DNA of 63,830 nucleotides, the filler included, from Nitrospinota bacterium (GTDB taxonomy: Bacteria; JADFOP01): the NCBI GenBank assembly GCA_022562795.1. It is 5 parts of 4 records of this genome, joined end to end, with 100 filler letters (N's around TTAATTAATTAA, not from the genome) between each part and the next. Parts side by side here need not be neighbours in the genome. Positions count along the whole stretch, not along the records: positions 1 to 27,721 come from JADFOP010000027.1; 4 more parts are not named here. The stretch is one strand, 5' to 3'. The position numbers and the translations under genes were made by a program. Below are positions 1-9,037 of the stretch, in pieces. The notes beneath the pieces were generated by a model. It ran no database searches. It saw only the letters and a list, made by a program, of their open reading frames with translations, and had not been told where the DNA came from. Each line of letters starts with the position of its first letter. The stretch's first letter is position 1.

Positions 1-693
1 GAAGCCGGTCACGTCGGTCGCGGCCGATACCCCCTCCTCCACCATAGCTTCGCTCGCCCCCCTGTTGAGGGCTGTGGCCACCTGGACCATCCGCTCGACC
101 ACCTCGGGCGGGGCTTTGTCGGCCTTGATGGCGGAGCCGATTATGCCCGTGCCGATGGGCTTGGTGAGGACTAGGAGGTCGCCCGGCCTGAGCCCGGCGT
201 TGGTGACCACCCTGGCCGGGTCGATGAGGCCCGTGACCACGAGCCCGTACTTGGGTTCGTTGTCGTCAATGGTATGGCCTCCAACGATGGGGATGCCCGC
301 CTCGGCGGCCTTGTCCGCCCCGCCTCGTAGAATGGTCGAGAGGATCTCCAGTGGCAGGTCGGTGCGGGGGAAGGCGACGATGTTGAGCGCCAAGAGGGGA
401 CGGGCCCCCATGGCGTAGATGTCGCTCAGGGAGTTGGCGGCGGCAATCTGGCCGAAGTCGTAGGGGTCGTCGACGATGGGTGTAAAGAAGTCGAGCGACT
501 GCACCAGGGCCTGGCCGTCGTCGAGCCGGTAGACGGCGGCGTCGTCGGCTTTCGCCGTGCCCACGAGAACGGCGGGGTCGGTGATTGGCGGTAGGTGACG
601 CAGGACCTGCATCAGCTCGTCGGGTCCGAGCTTGCAGGCTCACCCGCCGCCGTGAGATAGCGCCGTAAGTTTGATCTTCGTCTCGTCGGTCAT
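1..693 (-). CDS. selD: Selenide,water dikinase SelD, selenocysteine form; 3' end runs off the window
   Basis: Manual translation from ATG 693: MTDETKIKLTALSHGGG-UGA(642-640)-ACKLGPDELMQVL...ADDAAVY...DFFTPIVDDPYDFGQIAAANSLSDIYAMG...ATDVTGF; SelD motifs on both sides of the UGA. Confidence 0.95.
605..638 (-). promoter_or_regulatory. Candidate SECIS hairpin of selD
   Basis: Immediately 3' of the UGA: CCTGCA-AGCTCG-[GACCCGA]-CGAGCT-GA-TGCAGG. Confidence 0.6.
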
Positions 694-833
694 CGCTTAA
701 ACCTTATGCCTCCATCAGCAAACCTTCGCCCTCATCAACTATAGAGGTCCACCGGGCCGAAGGCAAGGGGAGGGGATGTGGGCTAATACAGTTCCTTCTC
801 TCTCGCCAAGGGGCGACGCCCCCCGCTAGCAAT

Positions 834-2189
834 CTAGTCACCCCCCGGCGGGGAGAACCCGGAGGGCTCCTTACTGAGGAGGCGGCCCAGCCACTCGTCG
901 CCGTCAGCCCCGCTAATCGGATCAGCCGGTGGACGGGGGGCCATGAGGGAGATGGCCCGGCCGGAGACGACGGAGGCGTTCCCGTAGCGTGCCCTAAGGC
1001 GGTCGAGGCTCTCCGATAGCGCCCAGCGCCGCGCTGGTCCTGGGTCGAGGAGGTCGAACTGGCGGCGGGCTGGGCCGAGGCCCGTGAGCGTCACCCCCAC
1101 GAGCCTAACCCGCAGGCGGCGCACGTCGAGGGACCGAAGGAGACCTACCGCCTCGGCCTCGATGCGGGCTTCATCGCCGGTGGCCTCTGGCAAAGTGGTG
1201 CGACGGGTCGCCGTGGAGAAGTCGCTGTAGCGGAGCTTGACTACTACGGTTCGCGCCTCCAGGCCAAGAGCCCTCATGGAGGTGGCCGCCCTTTGAGCGA
1301 GGGCTGAGAGGGTCGCCTCGATCAGATCGCGGTTGAGGATGTCCTCGTCGAAAGTCCGCTCCCGTCCGATCGATTTTTGCCCATCTGGGTTAGGAGAGAC
1401 GTCCGAAGGAGGGTCGAGCCCACGGGCACACCGCCAAAGCCTTGAGGCGACCGCAGGGCCGAATTTCCGCTCCAGGACCGACCGGTCGAGGGCGGCGAGG
1501 TCGCCGACGGTCTTGAGTCCGAGCCCACGGAGCGATGCTACCGTGGCCGGCCCCACTCCGGGCAGCCGTGCGAGCGGCAGAGGTGATAAGAATGCCGCCT
1601 CCTCTCCGGGGATAATCCGCAAGATTCCCTGGGGCTTGGCGAGCCCCGAGGCCACCTTGGCCATCAGGCGGCCCGGGGCCACGCCAATGGAGCAGGGAAG
1701 GCCAGCCTCCTTAAGAATCTCGCCTTGCAGCCGGGAGGCGACAGACATTGGGTGGCCGAAGAGCCGCTCGCAGCCGGTGAGGTCGAGGTAGGCTTCGTCG
1801 AGCCCCAGGGGCTCGACTTCGGGCGTGTAACGCTCGAAACAGCGAAAGACCGTTCGGGAAGCCTCGCGGTAACGCTTGAAGTTTCCCCGAAGGAAGACGG
1901 CATGTGGGCATAGGCGCCGGGCACGGGAGATGGGCATGGCCGAGTGTATCCCGAAGCGGCGGGCCTCGTAGCTTGCGGCGGCCACTACCCCTCGGCCATT
2001 TGGCGCTCCGCCTACGATAACGGGGCGGCCTGCAAGACTTCGGTCGTAAAGCTCCTCCACGGATACGAAGAAGGCGTCCATATCGACGTGGAGGATGGTG
2101 CGGGGATGGCGCTTCAGGGGAGTCCCTCCATCGTCCCTGCGAGCGAGGTGCTGTGAGCTAACGGTACTTCCGCAAGACTCCGATAACAA
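834..2189 (-). CDS. dinB: DNA polymerase IV (Y family); true start probably near 2120-2165
   Basis: ILHVDMDAFFVSVE, AASYEARRFGIHSAMP, LGLDEAYLD, KPQG; clamp-motif-like RQFDLL. Confidence 0.95.
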   Translation of the reverse strand: MLSESCGSTVSSQHLARRDDGGTPLKRHPRTILHVDMDAFFVSVEELYDRSLAGRPVIVGGAPNGRGVVAAASYEARRFGIHSAMPISRARRLCPHAVFLRGNFKRYREASRTVFRCFERYTPEVEPLGLDEAYLDLTGCERLFGHPMSVASRLQGEILKEAGLPCSIGVAPGRLMAKVASGLAKPQGILRIIPGEEAAFLSPLPLARLPGVGPATVASLRGLGLKTVGDLAALDRSVLERKFGPAVASRLWRCARGLDPPSDVSPNPDGQKSIGRERTFDEDILNRDLIEATLSALAQRAATSMRALGLEARTVVVKLRYSDFSTATRRTTLPEATGDEARIEAEAVGLLRSLDVRRLRVRLVGVTLTGLGPARRQFDLLDPGPARRWALSESLDRLRARYGNASVVSGRAISLMAPRPPADPISGADGDEWLGRLLSKEPSGFSPPGGD

Positions 2190-2769
2190 CGCCCTGAATC
2201 TGGAGGTCCTCGGCCCGGACCCGTATGGGCGCCATCGCGGGATTGGCAGGCTGTAGGCGGATGTGGTCGATTTCGTGGAAGAGCCGCTTCAGGGTCGCCT
2301 CCTCGCCCTCCAGCAGGGCCACCACCACCTCGCCGTCGCGGGCCTCGCTCCGCTCCTCGACGATGACGTAGTCGCCGTCGAGGATGTGCTCGTCCATCAT
2401 GGAGCTCCCCCGGACGCGGAGCACAAAGGTTCGGCCCCGGCCGATAAGGTCGGGCGGCACGGCGATGGTCTCGGCCACTTCGACGGCCTCAAGCGGTTCG
2501 CCTGCGGCGATGAGGCCCACGAGGGGCACCTCCACCGCCTCGATCCTTGGTGTCAGCTCCTCAAGTACCTCGATGGCCCGGCTCCGGTGGGCGTAGCGTC
2601 GGATGAGCCCCTTGGCCTCGAGGTTGGTTAGGTGCTTGTGCACCGTGGCGGGCGAGGAGAGCCCGAAGGCGCGGCCGATTTCCTCTATGCTGGGGGCGTA
2701 GCCGTGGGCAGAGCGGAAGTCTGTGATGAAGTCGAGAATCTCCCGCTGGCGGCGGGTGAGCATTGACAT
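2158..2769 (-). CDS. lexA: SOS repressor LexA
   Basis: LTRRQREIL...PSIEEI wHTH, IAAG cleavage site, VRGSSM catalytic Ser, ATLKR Lys; AAGGAGG RBS before ATG 2769. Confidence 0.96.
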   Translation of the reverse strand: MSMLTRRQREILDFITDFRSAHGYAPSIEEIGRAFGLSSPATVHKHLTNLEAKGLIRRYAHRSRAIEVLEELTPRIEAVEVPLVGLIAAGEPLEAVEVAETIAVPPDLIGRGRTFVLRVRGSSMMDEHILDGDYVIVEERSEARDGEVVVALLEGEEATLKRLFHEIDHIRLQPANPAMAPIRVRAEDLQIQGVVIGVLRKYR

Positions 2770-2799
2770 CGTCGCACCTCCTTCTTGGTCGGCCATCTA

Positions 2800-2828
2800 A
2801 TAATAGGCGAAAATAATACGAAGGTCAA
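2800..2828 (-). promoter_or_regulatory. sigma70 promoter of lexA-dinB with TTCG-N7-TTCG direct repeat in the spacer
   Basis: TTGACC-ttcgtattattttcgcc(17)-TATTAT. Confidence 0.7.
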
Positions 2829-2887
2829 TGGGAAAATGAGAGCCCGAACGGGCAGAAATAGGCACCCGGACCCGGCTTAAGCTCCGA

Positions 2888-4366
2888 CTAAAAGAAAATC
2901 CAGGTGACCACGAAGAATAAGGGGAAGAGAATGACAGTCGAGTAGGCCATGTAGCCGAAGAAAGAGGGCATCTTTACACCGGCCTCCTCGGCGACCGACT
3001 TCACCATGAAGTTGGGGGCGTTGCCGATATAAGAGTTGGCCCCCATGAAGACTGCCCCCACGGAGATACCTTTGAGGATGGACGCGTTGACGGCGCTTCC
3101 GTCCAACAAGGGCACGAAGTCGCTCCCCGCCGGCAGAGCCTTGGCTAGGGAGAGGAAGGTTAGGTAGGTTGGCGCGTTATCGAGAAAGCTTGAAAGGATG
3201 CCCGTGACCCAGAAGAACTGCCACGGCTTGGTCACCCCTAGCTCCGCTCCGCGGGTCTGCAGCAGCAGGAGGGTCGGCATCATGGCGGCGAAGATGGCAG
3301 CGAAGAGGATGGCCACCTCCTTGACAGGGAACCAGGTAAATCCGTTCTCCTCTCGTATGCGCTTCGGGGTAATCCAGAGGCTTATGGCCGCCATTGCGAA
3401 CATGCCGCCGACCTGGAAAATATCCCCGGCATAGTGGAAGTTGGGAAAAGCCTGGCGGACGCTCTTGTATAAGAGTACGAAGCAGAGGATGCCGAGGAGA
3501 AACAGAAAGTTGATCTTGCCCTCTATGCCCAAGGGTTCTTTCACCCCATCAGGCTCGGGCTGAGGCTCCTCCCGGCGGTAGACGACGGTATCCCAAACGA
3601 AGTAGATGGCAAGCAAAACGAGGACGGCGAAGGCCCAGTGTGGCGTAAGCTGGAAGGTCCAGAAGAAGTCCACCCCCTGGAGGAAGCCCAGAAAGAGGGG
3701 CGGGTCGCCGAGCGGGGTCAAGCTGCCGCCGATGTTGGCCACCAAGAAGGTGAAGAATATGATGGTGTGGACCTTTTTGTCGCGCCGCTCGTTGGCCCGA
3801 AGTAGGGGCCTGATCAAGGTGAGGGCCGCACCCGTGGTGCCGATGAACGAGGCGAGCAGAGACCCGATGGCCATGATGACGGTGTTGGTCAGGGGTTTTC
3901 CCTGAATGGAGCCGCGAATGTAAATACCGCCGGAGACGACGTATAGGCTTCCGACCAGGGCGATGAAGCTTATGTACTCGATGGCCGTGTGCCCCAGAGC
4001 CGGTGCGTAGAGAAACAGGTCGTAGATGACCATGGGTGCGAAGAAGGCCAGGCTCACCTTGGTGAAGTGATGGTGCCACCAGGTGCCGCTGATGAGTGGG
4101 ATGAGGGCGATGCAGAGCAAGAGCCCCACGAAAGGGGCGACGCTCCATATGGGCACTACGATGTCGAGCTTGTGGTGGGCGACCTCGCCATGCTCGGCCC
4201 CATGGGGCGCGGTGTGTTCTCCTTCGTGGGCGGTTGTGGAGAGAGCTGTCAGGGTCTGGCCCTGGCGCCCCCCTTCGCCGCTGGCGCCGCCAGCCGGGGC
4301 GGCTAAGGCTCCCCAGGGCACAAGCAGGAAGGCGAGGCATGAAAGGATAATCAACGCTCGTGTCAT
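2888..4366 (-). CDS. Ion-transporter superfamily membrane protein (NhaD/CitMHS_2-like, putative Na+/H+ antiporter)
   Basis: Multiple TM helices; ANIGGSLTPLGDPPLFLG, LSSFLDNAPTYL, YIGNAPNFMVK; His-rich N-terminal segment. Confidence 0.8.
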   Translation of the reverse strand: MTRALIILSCLAFLLVPWGALAAPAGGASGEGGRQGQTLTALSTTAHEGEHTAPHGAEHGEVAHHKLDIVVPIWSVAPFVGLLLCIALIPLISGTWWHHHFTKVSLAFFAPMVIYDLFLYAPALGHTAIEYISFIALVGSLYVVSGGIYIRGSIQGKPLTNTVIMAIGSLLASFIGTTGAALTLIRPLLRANERRDKKVHTIIFFTFLVANIGGSLTPLGDPPLFLGFLQGVDFFWTFQLTPHWAFAVLVLLAIYFVWDTVVYRREEPQPEPDGVKEPLGIEGKINFLFLLGILCFVLLYKSVRQAFPNFHYAGDIFQVGGMFAMAAISLWITPKRIREENGFTWFPVKEVAILFAAIFAAMMPTLLLLQTRGAELGVTKPWQFFWVTGILSSFLDNAPTYLTFLSLAKALPAGSDFVPLLDGSAVNASILKGISVGAVFMGANSYIGNAPNFMVKSVAEEAGVKMPSFFGYMAYSTVILFPLFFVVTWIFF

Positions 4367-4415
4367 GGGTCAGCCGCATCCCCCCAGGAAAAGGCTCATC
4401 GGCTCTCCGGAGGGG

Positions 4416-5069
4416 TCAGAGGTACTCGTAGGTCACAGCCGCCCGGCCGATAATCCTTACAACCTTGAGCTTCAGTATTTGGCTTTCGTAGTGGACGACG
4501 TAGTCTTGGAGCTTCGCCCTGAGCTTGAGGAAGGTCGGGTTGTTGAGGACGGCGCTCGCCTCCTCCAGCGAGTTGGCCCGCCCTTCGAGCTTTTCGTGCG
4601 GCGCTGGGCCGATGAGGGTCTTCCAGTGTCCGCCTATAACGAGGCCCATCTCTTCGAGAGCGGGGACGAACTCCTCGGTGAGGAAAGGGCTGAAGCTCTC
4701 CTTTTGAACGTACCTGGTGTCCCAGAGCTGGTTGAGCTTGACGGCCTTGTGCTTGGGCTCCCCGATGAGGGTAGGAACTAGACCCGTTGGCACCATCACC
4801 CGGCTGGAGTAATGCTCCGCCCATCGGAAAAGCCCTTCGTTGAGCTGAGAGTGGCGCTCGTCCCCCAACGCATCCTTGAGCTGACTTATATCGTCGGAGA
4901 TCCCCTCGGAGACGAACCTCGGGCAGGTGCCGACGAGAACTTTCCAAACGGCCAGGATGGTGATGCCCAGCCCGTTCATCCCCGGAATCCACTCCCGGGT
5001 GAGGTATTTGGCGAACTTCTCCTCCACGAGGGGCTGCAGGTCCCAGTACTCGATGAATTTGACCGACAT
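4416..5069 (-). CDS. Hypothetical protein with two ~105-aa NIPSNAP-like repeats
   Basis: GGAGG RBS before ATG 5069; VKFIEYWD..EWIPGMNGLG..W..LVG vs VKLNQLWD..EFVPALEEMG..W..LIG. Confidence 0.65.
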   Translation of the reverse strand: MSVKFIEYWDLQPLVEEKFAKYLTREWIPGMNGLGITILAVWKVLVGTCPRFVSEGISDDISQLKDALGDERHSQLNEGLFRWAEHYSSRVMVPTGLVPTLIGEPKHKAVKLNQLWDTRYVQKESFSPFLTEEFVPALEEMGLVIGGHWKTLIGPAPHEKLEGRANSLEEASAVLNNPTFLKLRAKLQDYVVHYESQILKLKVVRIIGRAAVTYEYL

Positions 5070-5459
5070 CGTAACCTCCTCCCCCGGGCTGGCGGCGCTT
5101 CTCTCAACGCTAGAAACCCAACTCGCATCGAGAGACCACAGGCTCCCGAAGGCCGCATTAAAGCACAACCGGAAACCGAAGGGAAGCCTTATTAGCGGCT
5201 CCCGGCTGCCCCTCAACCGCCTCGGTCTTGGCAAGGGCGCCGGCCCGGGGAGGGAGGAGAACTTCCAACACTCAGCCCATTGAAATGGCAAACGGGACCA
5301 AGCCCGTAGAGCATGGAGGTTCGGTTTCAACGAACAGCCATTGACTCGTCTCGAACCCCACAATAATTATCGTGAAGTATCAGCGGGAGTTGAGAGATAA
5401 CTGGGAGCCGCCAATGATAGGACATAATGTCGTGGTTTGTAAAAAATCGCCAAATTTCC

Positions 5460-5490
5460 TTGACAAAAATGCAGTCCGGGTCTATATATT
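5460..5490 (+). promoter_or_regulatory. sigma70-like promoter of the beta-barrel gene
   Basis: TTGACA at 5460 followed by TATATA/TATATT at -10 spacing. Confidence 0.5.
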
Positions 5491-5532
5491 AATTATTAAG
5501 GGAAAAGTTTCTTTCAAAAAGGAGGGGGGTAA

Positions 5533-6192
5533 ATGGATACGGCAAAATCGCGTTCACTATGGTTGGCCATCTTGCTGGGGGCGCTCTTGATGCTCCCAAC
5601 CCAGAGCTTCGCACAAATCTACGTCGGAGGGTACGGAGGTGTCTCAATACCTCACGATGCCGATGCTGCAATCACGATCCCTGGATTTGTGGGCCTTACG
5701 GGGGAGTTCGAATTTGACCCCGCAGTGATTGCGGGCGCGCGAGTTGGTTACTGGATGGAATACTTCGACCTCCCATGGTTAGGCGTGGAATTTGACGCCT
5801 ACTGGACTAATCCCGAACTCGACCGCTTCAAGACTGCAGGGCTCAACATTGCGTTTGATGACGATCTCATCGTGCTATCCGGCGGTGTAAATGGTCTTGT
5901 CCGATACCCGTACGGCCCCATCCAGCCGTACGCCGGGGTTGGGGTAGGAGTGATTTACGCAGATCTCGATAGGCCTAACGATGAAGATGTCGTCGCTTCC
6001 CTCCAACTAATGGGTGGCGTGAGGGGATTCGTCAACGACAACCTTGCTCTATTCGCCGAGTACAAATGGGTCTTGACCGAGTTCGAGTTCAATGATTCAG
6101 GTGAATCGCTAGAGGTTGATTACACCGCAAGCAACATCTACGGCGGGATCGAGTGGCATTTCGGCACTGGCGGCGTTCATCAGCAGCCATGA
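5533..6192 (+). CDS. Outer-membrane 8-stranded beta-barrel protein (OmpA/OmpW-like)
   Basis: Signal peptide (SFA-Q), YVGGYGG, QPYAGVGVG, LFAEYK, terminal strand GGIEWHF; strong RBS. Confidence 0.8.
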   Translation: MDTAKSRSLWLAILLGALLMLPTQSFAQIYVGGYGGVSIPHDADAAITIPGFVGLTGEFEFDPAVIAGARVGYWMEYFDLPWLGVEFDAYWTNPELDRFKTAGLNIAFDDDLIVLSGGVNGLVRYPYGPIQPYAGVGVGVIYADLDRPNDEDVVASLQLMGGVRGFVNDNLALFAEYKWVLTEFEFNDSGESLEVDYTASNIYGGIEWHFGTGGVHQQP

Positions 6193-6409
6193 GCGGGGTG
6201 TAACAGACCAAGACCAGGCATAGACTCGTCTGCTCGGGTAACGGCGCCCGGAGGCGGGGTGCGTGACCCCAATGCCTCCCCGGGGCTGGCCGGGCAGTTC
6301 TTTTTTCCCCAAGAATCCGATTCCCCCATCCTCACACGCTCCTTCAACTATACCGTTGCTTGACAGGAAACGTCCCCTGCCGTAGGCTCGCCGTATGGGA
6401 GGAATCCTC

Positions 6410-6946
6410 GTGGCCACATCATTCAAGGCAGGTGATCGGCTTGTCGTTCCCCTCCACGGCCGTGGCGTGGTCCAGGCCGTCGAGCGAACATCCCTGCCCG
6501 ACGGCGGGGAAGAGTCGTGTTACGTCATCGCCCTGGAGGGGCGCCGGGGCGGGAAGGTCGTTATTCCAGCCGCAAGGGCGGTCGAGCACGGCCTGAGAAG
6601 ACCCATGAGCTCCAAGGAGGTGGAGGGGGTCATGGAGGTGCTGGCCGAGCCCCTGGCCGAGGACCCGGACGAGGAGGACTTCCCCTCGCAGACGGCCTTT
6701 TACGGGGAGCTGAAGGAGGAGTTGCGAACCGGCCAATCGGTGGCCCTGGCACGGGTCGTCCGCCGCGTGTACGTTTTCAGCCTCACCAATGCCATTACCG
6801 ATATCCATCTGAAGGAGCTCGATCGTTACGCAATGTCCGAGCTCGTCGATGAGCTTGCCGACGCCGATGAGACGACAAAGGCGGCGACCCTTCGCACAAT
6901 CCGCTCAACCCTGAAGCGAGCCACACCTCGGGATCTGCTCCGCTGA
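6410..6946 (+). CDS. CarD family transcriptional regulator (divergent)
   Basis: FKAGDRLVVPLHGRGVV, KVVIPA...GLR, EELRTG..LARVVR. Confidence 0.75.
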   Translation: MATSFKAGDRLVVPLHGRGVVQAVERTSLPDGGEESCYVIALEGRRGGKVVIPAARAVEHGLRRPMSSKEVEGVMEVLAEPLAEDPDEEDFPSQTAFYGELKEELRTGQSVALARVVRRVYVFSLTNAITDIHLKELDRYAMSELVDELADADETTKAATLRTIRSTLKRATPRDLLR

Positions 6947-7032
6947 ATGACCACCCTCACCTGAGCAAACCGACCTCAAGCAACCGCTCGGCGATGGACT
7001 AATAACCCGCCCTTGCGGGCTTGTCGTCCCTT

Positions 7033-7647
7033 TCACGGTATGGGAATCTCGAAGACGAGTATGCGGTCATCGGCCGCGTCGTGGACGGGTACGACGACCT
7101 GACCCGTCACAAGCCGGTCTTTGTTTAGGCCGAAGAAGACGAATCCGTTGGCACGGCTCTGAGGGCCCAGAAGGCGACCGGCGAGGGATACCTCCAGGTA
7201 GCTCTGGGCGACCTCAGGGCTCGCCCTGGTGCCAAAACCTATAATACCAACGCCCACCGAGGGAGTCCCCAAGCCGCCGGCGAAGCCCCGGCGCTCGATG
7301 CCCTCTGCCACCTGGGTGACCTGCAGTCGGGGGTGGCTTTCGCCATTGGCATCTTTGAAGGTAATCTGGTTGGTGTAGACAAAGAACTTCTTCGGCCCGT
7401 CGTTCTTGAAGATAAGGTTAACGGCCAACAGTCCTTTGCGGACGAGCTCCACGCCGAAGACGGCCTTGGACTTGTCCGGGTCGGCGTAGGGATCGGCGGC
7501 GACGGTCAGACCCGCCCGGCTGGCCTTGGCCGGGTAGGCTGATGCCTCCCGTACGGCCGGCGGCGAGATGGACGGTGGCGCGCAGCCAGCCCCAGCTAGA
7601 CTGACACCCAGCACGACTGCCGCGGCTCGCATCACCAGTTGTCTCAC
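7033..7647 (-). CDS. Hypothetical lipoprotein
   Basis: Hydrophobic signal ending GAGC; RBS before GTG 7647. Confidence 0.6.
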   Translation of the reverse strand: MRQLVMRAAAVVLGVSLAGAGCAPPSISPPAVREASAYPAKASRAGLTVAADPYADPDKSKAVFGVELVRKGLLAVNLIFKNDGPKKFFVYTNQITFKDANGESHPRLQVTQVAEGIERRGFAGGLGTPSVGVGIIGFGTRASPEVAQSYLEVSLAGRLLGPQSRANGFVFFGLNKDRLVTGQVVVPVHDAADDRILVFEIPIP

Positions 7648-7800
7648 GAAAGGACCTCCCTTTTCCAAGCCTACAGCCAGTATACCAGCCGCACCGCCCG
7701 GCAGGGAAGGAGGAGAGGTGAATCACGAATCGCTCAGGCGTTGGAAGGGCAGGCGCCTCTGGAAAAGGCGAGATTAAGAGGGGCCAAGGCCGACTGGCGG

Positions 7801-8349
7801 CTACTCCAGCCGCACGCTGGCCACGTGGGGGAGGTCTCGGTATTGCTCGCTGTAGTCCAACCCGTAGCCGACGACGAAGGCGTCGGGGATGGTGAAGCCA
7901 ACCCAGTCGGGCGTGAAATCCACCCGGCGCCGGGAAGGCTTATCCAGCATCACACAGGTATGTACGCTCTTGGGCCCCTTGCTCTGGATGTGCTTAAAGA
8001 GGTAGGAGAGGGTGTAGCCCGTATCGAAGATGTCGTCCACCAGGAGGACCCGCTCGCCCTCCAGGGACATGGTGATGTCTTTTAGCAGTTGGACGTCGCC
8101 GACCGAGGTGGTTTCGGCCCCGTAGGAAGCGGCGTGGACGAAGTCGAAAGTGCAGGGGATGGTGATGCGGCGCAGGAGGTCCACCGTAAAGATGACGCTT
8201 CCCTTGAGGACCCCGACGACCACGAGTCGGCCGTGGCGTTCGAACTTACGGGTTATCGCCTCCCCCAGCTCGGCAACCCGGCTGCGTAGCTGCTCCTCGG
8301 TCAGGAGGACGTCCTTCAAAGTGATTTTAGGCTGCTTGAGTGTCGTCAC
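7801..8349 (-). CDS. hpt: Hypoxanthine phosphoribosyltransferase
   Basis: VGVLKGS, VLLVDDIFDTGYTL PRPP motif, FVVGYGLDY..YRDLP. Confidence 0.95.
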   Translation of the reverse strand: MTTLKQPKITLKDVLLTEEQLRSRVAELGEAITRKFERHGRLVVVGVLKGSVIFTVDLLRRITIPCTFDFVHAASYGAETTSVGDVQLLKDITMSLEGERVLLVDDIFDTGYTLSYLFKHIQSKGPKSVHTCVMLDKPSRRRVDFTPDWVGFTIPDAFVVGYGLDYSEQYRDLPHVASVRLE

Positions 8350-8453
8350 GGCGATCCCTGCCCCTGAAAGAAGTAATCTCCCATTGGGATAAATTTAATA
8401 TAGAGCCCGCAGGTCGGATTCGTCAAGGCAGGGAGGGGAGCGGGACTTAAGGG

Positions 8454-9008
8454 TCAGGCCTGCCGGGCAGGCTCATCAGGCGGAGGGGCCGCCCAGTATT
8501 TAGCGAACTCCCGGGCGAAGGTGAGGGAGCGGAGATCCGGCATCCGGTCGAAGAAGAGGGTGGCCTGGAGGTGGTCGATCTCGTGCTGGAGCACCCTGGC
8601 AAAGAAATCCTCGGCCTTGACCGTGAGAGGCTGGCCGCCTCGGTCTAGTGCCTCGACGACGACGCTCCGGTTACGAGGCACCAGGCCTCGCAGCTCACCC
8701 GCCGAGAGGCAGCCCTCCCAGTCGGTGACCATCTCCTCGGAGGCCTCGACGATAGATGGGTTGAAGAGCACCGTTAGAGGGACCTCCCCCCGGTCTGCCC
8801 GCTCGCCGGCGGCCTCGACTACGATGAGTTGAATGGGATGGTGGACCTGGGGCGCGGCGAGCCCAACTCCTAAGTATTCCCGCATGGTCTCGACCATATC
8901 GGCGACGAGCCGCTCCATCTCAGCTCCGCCGATGAGCTCCCGTGGCACGGGCTCGGCTTCATGGCGGAGCACGGGGTGGCCTAGCTGGGCAACCTTCAGG
9001 AGAGCCAC
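8454..9008 (-). CDS. def: Peptide deformylase
   Basis: GVGLAAPQV, EGCLS, QHEIDHL. Confidence 0.96.
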   Translation of the reverse strand: MALLKVAQLGHPVLRHEAEPVPRELIGGAEMERLVADMVETMREYLGVGLAAPQVHHPIQLIVVEAAGERADRGEVPLTVLFNPSIVEASEEMVTDWEGCLSAGELRGLVPRNRSVVVEALDRGGQPLTVKAEDFFARVLQHEIDHLQATLFFDRMPDLRSLTFAREFAKYWAAPPPDEPARQA

Positions 9009-9037
9009 TGACTCCTCCTACCTGGTTTCGCGCTCCA

